Virus record (IMG/VR): IMGVR_UViG_3300010885_021377
Coordinates: 16,142-80,141 of that record
Source of the DNA: a virus
Lineage: Duplodnaviria; Caudoviricetes
Strand: one strand, 5' to 3'
DNA: 64,000 bases
The notes under the pieces are model-generated. The model saw only the letters and a program-made list of their open reading frames with translations, had not been told where the DNA came from and searched no databases. Position 1 is the stretch's first letter. The number at the start of each line of letters is the position of its first letter. The position numbers and the translations under genes were made by a program. Shown here piece after piece: positions 9,695 to 18,830 of this stretch.

Positions 9695-12184
9695 ATGCCA
9701 ATAGGTAATGCTTCAGCTATGATGAGATGTAGATATGATTATGCTCCAATATCTGTTGGTGAATTATCTTCTACATTTATGGGAATACCAGTAGATATAA
9801 ATATATCTTTAAATGATTTAGATCCCGATTATTTTCCGCATTCTTCTGGAAAAATTGAAGTATATACTTATGATAATCGATCTATAAAAAATTGTATAGT
9901 TAATTTAAGTTCTAATAAAATAAATTTTCAATATATTCCAAAATCTAATTATTTTGGACCAGATGAATTTACATATGTTGTAACGGATGGAATCAAATCT
10001 TCTAATACTTCATCGGTTAAATTGAGCGTATTATGTTTACCCCCGGTAATATCTGATAAATTATTTAATTTACGAGAAAGTGTTACCTACAATTTAGATA
10101 TTACCGATCCCGCTTCTGATCCTGATATAATATTTTTAGGAGGATATCCGGATAGAGATATAAATAATCCCCCTCAACCTATATCTATAATATCTAGTAG
10201 TGTCAAAGCATCCTCCAACATAACTATAGATAATATTTCCAATACAGTTATTACTTTTACTACCCTTCCATTAGATCCTGATATCGCATTTAGTACAGTA
10301 TTTCTTTCCTATCAAATTCGAAATACGACTTGTGGTATTTCGAATGATGGGGATGCTGGAACTGGTACTACTTTTGGATCTGGTCCTCTTCCGGACTCTG
10401 GTACTGGTACTAGTACCGGAACTTTTGTTGGTACTACTGTCGGATCTATTGATGGTGATAAATTAACTGCAAAATTTAATTCTCCTCGTGGAGTAACCAT
10501 GACTAGTTCTAATATTTTATATGTTGCTGATTATGGAAATTCTAGAATAAGACAGGTAACTTCTACTGGAGATGTTACCACTTATGCTGGATCTACTAGA
10601 GGTACTACAGATGCATTCAGAACCTCTGCTAAGTTTTTCCAGCCAGCCGGTATTGATATTGATTCTTCTGGAAATATTTATATAGCAGATACTCTTAATC
10701 ATCTTATCAGAAAAATATCAATTGCCGGTAATGTTTCAACTCTTGCTGGTGCAGCAAATTCTCCCGGAATTGTTGATGGTACTGGTACAACTGCTAAATT
10801 TAACTTTCCTCATGATCTAGCAGTAGATTCTTTAAGCAATGTTTATGTTGCCGATACAGCTAATCATTTAATCCGTAAAATAACTCCATTGGGTGTTGTT
10901 ACAACTCTAGCAGGATCTGCTAGAGGTTATACTGATGGAACCGGAATCTCCGCATCTTTCTATAATCCATATAATATAGATGTAGATTCCTTTGATAATT
11001 TATATATTACAGATAGTTCGAATCATACTATACGCTACATTAATACTACTTCTAAAAGTGTTAGTACTATAGCTGGATTTGCCGAAAAGAGTGGAAATGA
11101 TGATGGTATAGGAACTATGTCAAGATTTAATCTTCCTATGGGAATTAATGTAGGACCTTATAATATAGTTTATGTATCAGATTCTTTGAATCATAGAATT
11201 AGGCGTATTCTTCCTACTGGAAAGGTAGATACTATAGCAGGTTCTAGTAGGGGAACTGATGATGGTTCCAGTCTTTCTGCTAAATTTAATACTCCTATGG
11301 GATTATGTTCGGATTTGTTGGGTAATTTATTTATTGCAGATTATGGAAATAATCGAATAAGAAAAATACTATTACCAGCTATTCTTACTATAGATCCTAA
11401 AACAGGAATTATAACAGATCCTAGTGGAAAGGTTACCATTCCGGGTCCAACTGATGTCATAGTTGATAAATCTGGAGTTGTAATAGATTATAAACCCAAA
11501 GTTCCTGTGCTTCCTCCTGTGGGTCCCGGTACGGGCACTGGACCCGGAACTGGCAGCTCTGGAGGTACTGGAGGTACTATTGGTTCTACTGGTACTAGAA
11601 CGGTAACGGGCTTTATGGCTAAATCCATTTTGGAAGTCAATGTACCAAAAACTTTTACTAAATATCCTATGCTAGACAAGAATGGTAATTTTCCTTGGGA
11701 TGCATACGGTTGGTATGTTTTAGCTTTTGATACTCAAAATATTCCAGATCAATTTTATATTAGTTCTATTAGTAAATCTTCTACTATTGATGCATTTGGA
11801 AATTCGGTATCTATTAGTAGGTTTTATGGTTTAATAGGACCAATAGGGGATAGTTTAGACGGTTATCATGGTGGTCCAAATGATGGAAACGGTAAATTTT
11901 TATTTTATAAATTGTCTGGATGTGATATAAATATATGGGGAAAAACAGATTTAGATGGTAGTGTATTTGAATTTGGAGTTGCTCAAGTATATAATCCATC
12001 AATAACTGCTGTGACTGATATTAGTAGATACTATATAGATTCTTTAGTGCGTCCTACAAGTTCACAAGTTCTATCATGTCTAAATGATATTGGTATTTCC
12101 CCTTATAATGTTACGGTTAATGATTATACCGATGTATACACTGGCACTAACATCCCGCCATTTTTACAATTCAAAAAAATTTAA
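9695..12184 (+). CDS. Ig/cadherin-like (Big_9-type) plus NHL-repeat structural protein
   Basis: N-terminal YIPKSNYFGPDEFTYVVTDG motif; six NHL repeats flanked by G/T/P/S-rich linkers. Confidence 0.75.
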   Translation: MPIGNASAMMRCRYDYAPISVGELSSTFMGIPVDINISLNDLDPDYFPHSSGKIEVYTYDNRSIKNCIVNLSSNKINFQYIPKSNYFGPDEFTYVVTDGIKSSNTSSVKLSVLCLPPVISDKLFNLRESVTYNLDITDPASDPDIIFLGGYPDRDINNPPQPISIISSSVKASSNITIDNISNTVITFTTLPLDPDIAFSTVFLSYQIRNTTCGISNDGDAGTGTTFGSGPLPDSGTGTSTGTFVGTTVGSIDGDKLTAKFNSPRGVTMTSSNILYVADYGNSRIRQVTSTGDVTTYAGSTRGTTDAFRTSAKFFQPAGIDIDSSGNIYIADTLNHLIRKISIAGNVSTLAGAANSPGIVDGTGTTAKFNFPHDLAVDSLSNVYVADTANHLIRKITPLGVVTTLAGSARGYTDGTGISASFYNPYNIDVDSFDNLYITDSSNHTIRYINTTSKSVSTIAGFAEKSGNDDGIGTMSRFNLPMGINVGPYNIVYVSDSLNHRIRRILPTGKVDTIAGSSRGTDDGSSLSAKFNTPMGLCSDLLGNLFIADYGNNRIRKILLPAILTIDPKTGIITDPSGKVTIPGPTDVIVDKSGVVIDYKPKVPVLPPVGPGTGTGPGTGSSGGTGGTIGSTGTRTVTGFMAKSILEVNVPKTFTKYPMLDKNGNFPWDAYGWYVLAFDTQNIPDQFYISSISKSSTIDAFGNSVSISRFYGLIGPIGDSLDGYHGGPNDGNGKFLFYKLSGCDINIWGKTDLDGSVFEFGVAQVYNPSITAVTDISRYYIDSLVRPTSSQVLSCLNDIGISPYNVTVNDYTDVYTGTNIPPFLQFKKI

Positions 12185-12192
12185 TACAGAAA

Positions 12193-12495
12193 TTATTTAT
12201 TAGCCTGATTTAATTTATAATTAGATCTTTCTGCCATAAAATTGTCTACATCAAAGTCAAAATGTTCTTCAATTTTAAAATCGTGATATAAACTTGGATA
12301 TCTTTGTTTTATATATTTTTGTATAGCTAATGGCTTAATCCAAGAATCTGTTTTGTCTAAATCTAATTTTGAATCATTAGCTTTTTGATTTATAAATTCT
12401 ATAGCTTCTACTAGACACAACCATCTAGTATAGTTTTCAAGAGACATTATAAATTTTTTATTTGATTTTGTTGTCACCGAAATCTTATTTATCAT
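12193..12495 (-). CDS. Hypothetical protein
   Basis: 100-aa ORF, start overlaps upstream stop. Confidence 0.6.
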   Translation of the reverse strand: MINKISVTTKSNKKFIMSLENYTRWLCLVEAIEFINQKANDSKLDLDKTDSWIKPLAIQKYIKQRYPSLYHDFKIEEHFDFDVDNFMAERSNYKLNQANK

Positions 12496-12890
12496 ATGAA
12501 ATTTTTACCAAGAAATCCTAATAACAATGCACTGATTTCGGGAGAAGTGCAATCTATGTCATTAATGGATAAACTTTCTAATACCAGAATTATAATATCT
12601 AAATTCTTTCTAAGAGTCAAATTTTTAGTATTATCTTCTTTATATTTTTGCGACATGTAATCTCTAATTACATTGATAATCGATTTTAATGAATCATTTC
12701 CAGAATTATTTCTAATATTGGACATCGAACCATAATCATATGCTCTAATTAAGCTTTTATCTTTTGATAAGATCAAATTTCTGATATCGTCCTTTAGAGA
12801 TTCTAAATTTATAGAAATTGGTTTATTATAAGTGATGGAAGAATTAACTTCCGATGCATTATTCAGTTCTCTAGATTCAAAATTTAGCAT
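12492..12890 (-). CDS. Hypothetical protein
   Basis: 132-aa ORF in a tightly packed minus-strand run. Confidence 0.6.
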   Translation of the reverse strand: MLNFESRELNNASEVNSSITYNKPISINLESLKDDIRNLILSKDKSLIRAYDYGSMSNIRNNSGNDSLKSIINVIRDYMSQKYKEDNTKNLTLRKNLDIIILVLESLSINDIDCTSPEISALLLGFLGKNFI

Positions 12891-12891
12891 A

Positions 12892-13314
12892 TTACGGAGT
12901 ATTTTGTATCTGCTTATATACTTCAGTCAAAGCAGCATCAGCTTCTTCTAGATCTATTACTTCCGTTTTATTATATGTTTTAGCAATTAATTGTACTGTG
13001 CAATCTTTCTTACATTCTATACAATTAAATGAATTTATACCATTCAATTCGATAGGTATAAACATCTTTTTCTCTAGATAGCATGGGCAGGTTATGTCCA
13101 TGCCTTGTTTCGAGAATTCCTTTATTCTTTCGTTTTTAATTTTTTCTGCATATAAAATTAAAAATTGTTTATATGCATTATAAACAATAAATTGTACAAC
13201 CGATGCTAATACAAATAATTTAATTATATTAAAGGTGCTATCACCAAAAGTGATAGCCGTCAATATACTTGTCGTTATTAGTATTACTAATGGCTTTAGA
13301 AGTTCGAACCACAT
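12892..13314 (-). CDS. Membrane protein with C-terminal Cys-rich (Zn-ribbon-like) motif
   Basis: Two N-terminal hydrophobic segments; CPC...CIEC; sigma70-type promoter upstream. Confidence 0.6.
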   Translation of the reverse strand: MWFELLKPLVILITTSILTAITFGDSTFNIIKLFVLASVVQFIVYNAYKQFLILYAEKIKNERIKEFSKQGMDITCPCYLEKKMFIPIELNGINSFNCIECKKDCTVQLIAKTYNKTEVIDLEEADAALTEVYKQIQNTP

Positions 13315-13320
13315 ATCAAT

Positions 13321-13348
13321 ATTATATCACATAATTATTATATATCAA
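13321..13348 (-). promoter_or_regulatory. Sigma70-type promoter TTGATA-16-TATAAT
   Basis: -10 ends 6 nt before ATG 13314. Confidence 0.7.
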
Positions 13349-13700
13349 CACTAAAAATAATTAAAAAATCGGGTATTTGTATTAATTTTCGATTTAATAT
13401 ATCTAACCGTTTAATTGATTTATTTAATCCTAATTTTTGAGATTCTGTCACCGAAGGATTATTAAGTGAATGTTCGAATTGCTGTCTTAATAAGACCAAC
13501 TTCTCGAATATATCAAATATCTGATCTTTGAATCGATTAATCTCAAATGGATAATTTATACTTCCATCTTTTATATGAGCATCATCGGGTTTAGGTATTG
13601 CCATTTGATAAAATGGTTGATCAGTTGCACCCGGTCCAATACCAGCTACCTGACGTTCCGAATTTGCCATCACATCTTCTCTTAAATTTTTTGGTTTCAC
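13338..13700 (-). CDS. Hypothetical late protein
   Basis: GTG start, TAAATA 6 nt upstream. Confidence 0.6.
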   Translation of the reverse strand: MKPKNLREDVMANSERQVAGIGPGATDQPFYQMAIPKPDDAHIKDGSINYPFEINRFKDQIFDIFEKLVLLRQQFEHSLNNPSVTESQKLGLNKSIKRLDILNRKLIQIPDFLIIFSVDI

Positions 13701-13734
13701 TATAATTATTTACTATTCTCGACTAAATAATCAC

Positions 13735-14163
13735 ATGAGCAATATTTTCGAAAAAGCATTTGTGCATGTTCTTCGCGAACAACCTGAATTACCAGCAGAA
13801 CTTACAGATTCTGAAGCTATGGAGCAAAGTTTGGATAAAGGCACTAATCCACAAGATTTTGATGTGGATGGGGGTGCTGCCGCCGATCATATGGCAGCAA
13901 CGTCTAAGATGCAACAACAGATGGTATCTTCTCTACAAAACTGGATTCACCGCCTAGAACAATTTTCAGATTCTTTGAATGGAACTGGTCCCGAATCTAT
14001 GCAATCCAAGTTAAAAAATTGCGTTCCTGATTCTTTGTTCGACAAAATAAGAGTTGCCGAAACTAAGAAAATCGCTCGTGTATCTATGGAAGTAACCTCG
14101 TTAAACGAGATGTTGAAAGGATATTTAGCTAGTGCTTCGGACGCTAAATACAAAGGAGTATAG
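13735..14163 (+). CDS. Hypothetical late protein (candidate head-internal protein)
   Basis: TAAATA 5 nt upstream; N-terminus MSNIFEKAFVHVLRE-Q. Confidence 0.65.
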   Translation: MSNIFEKAFVHVLREQPELPAELTDSEAMEQSLDKGTNPQDFDVDGGAAADHMAATSKMQQQMVSSLQNWIHRLEQFSDSLNGTGPESMQSKLKNCVPDSLFDKIRVAETKKIARVSMEVTSLNEMLKGYLASASDAKYKGV

Positions 14164-14170
14164 TATATCA

Positions 14171-15160
14171 CTAACCTTTACTGGCATACTTTAGTATAAA
14201 CTCTGGAGTAATTTGATTAATTTTTAATGACATTGCAATGTCATTAAAATCTTTATATTTCTTGCCTAATTCTTTCGGCCAAAGAAATATATTTTCTTTT
14301 AATTCCATTAATTTTTTAGTTTTATTGAACGCAGCTTTATCTTTCCATTGAGAATCTAATACCCAGATTCTCCGATGAAATGGATATTTATTTATTTGTT
14401 CCTTTTGTTTTGGAGTAAATAATTGATAGGAATTTTCTTGAATCCCTCCTATTGCTACTCCATTTTCTACGAATGTAGAATTTAATGGACCCTCAAATAT
14501 AAAGATTACATCATTATTAGTATTAATTCTGTCAATATTAAAAATTGTTTTTTCGCTTCCTAGTTTGGATAAATATCTAGGTCTGTATATTTCATCTGTT
14601 TCTAATATTGTTCTAGATTGATAATATACTATCTTATTATTAAGATCATAAAAAGGAATTACTAATCGATTTTTATGAACTTTATCTGTCAAAGATATGT
14701 AATATGACGGTGGTCTATTTATGGATATTTTTAATAATCTTTTATCTATAAATGTTAATGCCTTCTGTACTACCTTGTGATTTTTGTAGAAATTTACTTG
14801 AGTATCATCCATCAGATTTATACAATCTTTCGGTAAAGTCTCCGATTGTATATTCACTCGACTTTCCTCTTCAAATTTTAATTCAATCGAAGAGTCGTCT
14901 AATTCGTGTATAATCTCCGCTATGGAAAATCCAGTTATTTCCATGATCCATGACATAGCAGATTTACTATATCCACAATTATGGCAAAATGTTCTACTTA
15001 TCTTGGGGATATAGTAGAACCTTCGTTTTTTAAGCCAGCTAGATCCTTCCCTACACATCGGGCATGAACCTTGATATGTGTTGTTATATTTATTTTTTTC
15101 CGGTGCTCCTACATATTGGAAAAATTTCAATACTACATAATCTTCGGGTATAACTTTCAC
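14171..15160 (-). CDS. gp61: DNA primase (T4 gp61-like)
   Basis: Zn finger CPMC...CHNC, RLVIPFY, TOPRIM IFEGPLNS...VLD, KDFND. GTG start chosen from promoter spacing (track start 15163). Confidence 0.9.
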   Translation of the reverse strand: MKVIPEDYVVLKFFQYVGAPEKNKYNNTYQGSCPMCREGSSWLKKRRFYYIPKISRTFCHNCGYSKSAMSWIMEITGFSIAEIIHELDDSSIELKFEEESRVNIQSETLPKDCINLMDDTQVNFYKNHKVVQKALTFIDKRLLKISINRPPSYYISLTDKVHKNRLVIPFYDLNNKIVYYQSRTILETDEIYRPRYLSKLGSEKTIFNIDRINTNNDVIFIFEGPLNSTFVENGVAIGGIQENSYQLFTPKQKEQINKYPFHRRIWVLDSQWKDKAAFNKTKKLMELKENIFLWPKELGKKYKDFNDIAMSLKINQITPEFILKYASKG

Positions 15161-15166
15161 CAATCC

Positions 15167-15195
15167 AGTATACCAATATAACTTCCAAAATACAA
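15167..15195 (-). promoter_or_regulatory. Sigma70-type promoter TTGTAT-17-TATACT
   Basis: -10 ends 6 nt before GTG 15160. Confidence 0.65.
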
Positions 15196-15198
15196 CAC

Positions 15199-15402
15199 TT
15201 ATCTACACTGATTTGTGATATCTTCTTTAGTTACTGCATCTAAAACTTTGACCATACCTTTTCTTATGAATGCTCCTGACTTAGAATCTATCCAGTGCGC
15301 TTCTACATATATCTTATCTCCATATAGACGTTCTACAATCTTAGGTTGAATTGGTTCTCCGCTTATTGGTGAAGTAATCTGTATCGGTCTTACGATTTCC
15401 AT
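15199..15402 (-). CDS. Hypothetical protein
   Basis: 67-aa ORF with TAAATA 5 nt upstream. Confidence 0.65.
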   Translation of the reverse strand: MEIVRPIQITSPISGEPIQPKIVERLYGDKIYVEAHWIDSKSGAFIRKGMVKVLDAVTKEDITNQCR

Positions 15403-15406
15403 ATTA

Positions 15407-15670
15407 TTATTTAGTATTTTCTATGTTAAATGTATACTGTTTCTTTAATAGATTGAATACTTTAGATGTTATTTTACTAGCATGTTCTACAATTTTATTA
15501 TCCATACCGTAATAAAATTTATCTTTTGGTACTTTCCGGTTTATATTTTTAGGTATTGATATGAAACAGAATTCTTCGGTTTCTTCTATAAATACAAACA
15601 TCTCTCCTACATACATCCCCGTATTAATTGCATACGAATGACCTACTATTGGATGAGTATCATCTTTCAT
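15407..15670 (-). CDS. Hypothetical protein
   Basis: 87-aa ORF; start overlaps upstream stop. Confidence 0.6.
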   Translation of the reverse strand: MKDDTHPIVGHSYAINTGMYVGEMFVFIEETEEFCFISIPKNINRKVPKDKFYYGMDNKIVEHASKITSKVFNLLKKQYTFNIENTK

Positions 15671-16032
15671 AAGGACGATCCTCCCCCATTCATAGAAAAA
15701 AATAATCTAGATAATGATGTATATAGTGCATCAGCATCTAGTTGGGTTTTGGCATTTGTTATTACTAATGGTTCGTTGTTCATATTATATCCTATGACTA
15801 TAAAAGATCGGAGAAATTCTTCCATAGTAGCTATCAATGCATCCATTTCTAATTCGCTCCTAGAATATTTATCTTCTATATTCTTTTGTAATGCTTCTCT
15901 CAACAATTTTCGAATTTGTTCTGTGGATATAGAAGATACTTTAGGTTTTACATCTTTCTTTGAAATAATTTTTTTAGAAATTGCTTTTTTCTTTTTTGGA
16001 ATTAATGGGGATTCTTCGTTATCTTGCGTCAT
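15667..16032 (-). CDS. Hypothetical protein
   Basis: 121-aa ORF in a coupled run. Confidence 0.6.
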   Translation of the reverse strand: MTQDNEESPLIPKKKKAISKKIISKKDVKPKVSSISTEQIRKLLREALQKNIEDKYSRSELEMDALIATMEEFLRSFIVIGYNMNNEPLVITNAKTQLDADALYTSLSRLFFSMNGGGSSL

Positions 16033-16381
16033 TTGGTTTATTTTTATAAAAATTATTATTATTTTCTAATGTAGGTATTCCTTTATCTATTAATAATTGA
16101 ACGATTACCTCTATCGATTCTGTACTTATAGAAAAGTTTTTAGGAAAATAATTACCCCCATCATTAAATTCAAACATTATCTCTCCATTAAAACTTCTAT
16201 TATTATAACATGTTACAAATATAGAACTACCACCCGGATCTATTAATATAGTCCATCGTCTATGATCATGAATTCCATATTGTTGGAAAACTCTCAAGAC
16301 ACCAAATTTACAATCCCGAAGTCTTTTAATAAAGTATCCGGGGGTTCTAATTTTATTCTGCTGTCTTTTGTTTAAGATCAT
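16019..16381 (-). CDS. Hypothetical protein
   Basis: 120-aa ORF directly downstream of gp45. Confidence 0.65.
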   Translation of the reverse strand: MILNKRQQNKIRTPGYFIKRLRDCKFGVLRVFQQYGIHDHRRWTILIDPGGSSIFVTCYNNRSFNGEIMFEFNDGGNYFPKNFSISTESIEVIVQLLIDKGIPTLENNNNFYKNKPNDAR

Positions 16382-16382
16382 A

Positions 16383-17123
16383 TTATGATACCATAGCTGT
16401 TGCTATATATTTTATTTTATATTTATCTTCAGATAAGTCAAAAGCAACAAACCCTCTTTGAGTATTCAATCTTATGTTAATCTCCTGCATCTTTAATGCT
16501 GAAATAATTCTAAAAATATCAAAATTTAATACTACCGGAGTTTCTATGTTAGGACCAACATATATATCCGATAATTTAGTTGTAAAACTATCTATATTAT
16601 CTTTAGTTTTATCAGATAATTCTCCTACTAATGAGGTTCCATTAGATTTAATATATATTTTATTACTATCTGTAATAAATGTGCTACTTTTAATTAAAGA
16701 CAATATTACACTAATTGGTATCGTAGATTCTACATCATAAACTAATGCTTCGATTTTATCTAAATTAAAATTTGGTGTCTTAATAATATTATCATTAATA
16801 AGGTGAAATTTAAATTTAATATTGGACGATTTATATTCTATATTATTCTCGTTTAATATCAGTTCCACCACATCACCTTCCGTACATTCAAAAGCTTTAA
16901 TAAATTTTTTAATATCTGCAAAGCTAATACTTCTTTCTGCTGTATAATCGATAATTTCTACATCTTTATATAAAGAATATAATACAAAATTACTATCTGG
17001 TGTTCTGCTTAAAGTTGAAATAGAATTGCTATCAATTTTAAGTGTACATAAATCATTAATCCTCGATATGGGAATTAAGAACTTTTGAATAAATTCTGAT
17101 TTATTGTTTATTTTTAATTTCAT
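16383..17123 (-). CDS. gp45: Sliding clamp (T4 gp45-like)
   Basis: 246 aa; pattern (ISFADIKKFIKAF, IEYKSSNIKFKF, YKIKYIAT) and replication context fit a two-domain phage clamp. Confidence 0.7.
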   Translation of the reverse strand: MKLKINNKSEFIQKFLIPISRINDLCTLKIDSNSISTLSRTPDSNFVLYSLYKDVEIIDYTAERSISFADIKKFIKAFECTEGDVVELILNENNIEYKSSNIKFKFHLINDNIIKTPNFNLDKIEALVYDVESTIPISVILSLIKSSTFITDSNKIYIKSNGTSLVGELSDKTKDNIDSFTTKLSDIYVGPNIETPVVLNFDIFRIISALKMQEINIRLNTQRGFVAFDLSEDKYKIKYIATAMVS

Positions 17124-17553
17124 AATTTTCTAACAAAGATACCATATTTTGCATGATTGTGTCCATCCTTTTTAGTCTTTTTTCTAGGTCATCTAATTTA
17201 TTATTTATTGTAATAGCTGTTATACTATTATCAAAGTTAAATTCCATTTGGTCGGAATCTACCCTCGGTGGAAATTGTGTTTGTACACTATTATTTGGTA
17301 TCGCAAGACTATTTTGTCTTGTGTTTGTCGCTGCTGACTTTATGAAAGATTGTGGATTGGCTTCTTGCAAAACCTTTTCTGCTAATCTATGAAACTCTTG
17401 TTTTTTAGGAGCAAGATATTGATTAGACGCAACTAGATTATTATCATATTTTGCAACTTCTCCGTATGTTTGCCCTAAAAAACCTACTAAAATATTTTGC
17501 AGTTCATTGGGATCTATCTGACTATTTTCTAAGATAAAGTTTTCTTCTGACAT
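17101..17553 (-). CDS. Hypothetical protein
   Basis: 150-aa ORF between gp32 and gp45, C-terminal coiled coil. Confidence 0.6.
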   Translation of the reverse strand: MSEENFILENSQIDPNELQNILVGFLGQTYGEVAKYDNNLVASNQYLAPKKQEFHRLAEKVLQEANPQSFIKSAATNTRQNSLAIPNNSVQTQFPPRVDSDQMEFNFDNSITAITINNKLDDLEKRLKRMDTIMQNMVSLLENYEIKNKQ

Positions 17554-17565
17554 ATATTTACTTAT

Positions 17566-17599
17566 AAAAAAACCCTGAGTTTACTAGACTCAGGGTTTT
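17566..17599 (-). terminator. Rho-independent terminator after gp32
   Basis: Stem AAAACCCTGAGT / ACTCAGGGTTTT with 7-nt loop and minus-strand T-run. Confidence 0.85.
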
Positions 17600-17621
17600 A
17601 TATATTACTTATTTAATTAAT

Positions 17622-18467
17622 TTATTCTAGCCCTTTCAACAATTCTGCTACCATCTCATCTGAGATTTCGTTTTCATCAACCGAACTGGATTTCTCTGTT
17701 ACTGCCGCCGGTTTAGCTTCTGCTGATGGTGCTGTATGTTGGGTTTGACTGGTAGGTTCTGCCGTACATAGAAAATGCACATTCCACATTTTCATCAATT
17801 CCTCTCCATTTTTGATCTGATTCACCGCAGTCAAATCGTGTACAGATTCATAAATTTCTTTTTGTTTTTCTGTAGATAAATTCAGATCGATTGGTGACGT
17901 AAACCTACTACTATCATAGGCAATGAACCCTCCCTGATTCTTTTCTACTTTAAGTTTGAAGTTCACTCCTGATGAAGACAAATCAAAAACCTTCGCTCCA
18001 AATTCATCCGAATCATCTCCACTGATTGCAGATGTAATCTTTTGGTCTAGTTTTTTCCCATATCGGAAAATTTTAACTGTCCCATTGTTCTGGGGATTGA
18101 CTGGATCCTCCACAACATATACATTTACATACCATTGCTCCTGCCATTTCACAGTTTCGACTTTCTTCTTCTCTTCTTCCGAACCAGTCTTAGCAAGACG
18201 ATACCGTTCCCTACCAATTGGATCTGGCTGGCCGATGGTCTGTAGACTCAGTGTGGATACATACTGTCCAGTAGAAAAACTGTTCCAGCCATGAGTATAA
18301 AAGTGATAAAAGGTTTTACTAGGCTCTTTGATATTTGGTAGAAGCCTCAATACATATGTATTGCCTTCTTTGAATTTTAGGATTTCTTTATACAGAGGAC
18401 TTCCAGCGGAAGTCTCACTTTTTGCTAGCGCATCTTTAATAGATTGGAACATTGATGTAGTGATCAT
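17622..18467 (-). CDS. gp32: Single-stranded DNA-binding protein (T4 gp32-like)
   Basis: VLRLLP, NVYVVEDPVNPQNNGTVKIFRYGKKL, FDLSSSGVNFKLKV, YDSSRF, acidic C-terminal tail. Confidence 0.9.
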   Translation of the reverse strand: MITTSMFQSIKDALAKSETSAGSPLYKEILKFKEGNTYVLRLLPNIKEPSKTFYHFYTHGWNSFSTGQYVSTLSLQTIGQPDPIGRERYRLAKTGSEEEKKKVETVKWQEQWYVNVYVVEDPVNPQNNGTVKIFRYGKKLDQKITSAISGDDSDEFGAKVFDLSSSGVNFKLKVEKNQGGFIAYDSSRFTSPIDLNLSTEKQKEIYESVHDLTAVNQIKNGEELMKMWNVHFLCTAEPTSQTQHTAPSAEAKPAAVTEKSSSVDENEISDEMVAELLKGLE

Positions 18468-18509
18468 ATTTTAGTTTTTGGTTTGTTGGTTTTTGGTTTG
18501 TGAGTTAAC

Positions 18510-18538
18510 ATATTATCATACAAGAAAAGATAAGTCAA
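18510..18538 (-). promoter_or_regulatory. Sigma70-type promoter TTGACT-17-TAATAT for gp32
   Basis: Followed by a ~35-nt A/C-rich leader containing two copies of CAAACCAAAAAC. Confidence 0.7.
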
Positions 18539-18539
18539 G

Positions 18540-18830
18540 CTACTTTTTGGCTTCCATATAAATCTTGTATACCGTAATTGCTTTTTGTGTAGTGTAAAAT
18601 TTCAAATAAAAAGTTTCGGATTCCGAATATATAGCATACGGAGCTTTAAAGAAATCTGAAATTGCAATTTCTTTATGCTTTTCGAATAATACCGCCAATC
18701 TTTTTAGAGCTATTCCAACAGTTTCGTCTAATTTTGAAAAATCTTTTCGTAATTTAAACGGTTGGTTTTTTGATTTTCTTGACTCTTTTAGGTACTCGTT
18801 GTAGATGGTCTTTTCTAAATCCGTATACAT
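18540..18830 (-). CDS. Hypothetical protein
   Basis: 96-aa ORF upstream of gp32. Confidence 0.6.
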   Translation of the reverse strand: MYTDLEKTIYNEYLKESRKSKNQPFKLRKDFSKLDETVGIALKRLAVLFEKHKEIAISDFFKAPYAIYSESETFYLKFYTTQKAITVYKIYMEAKK

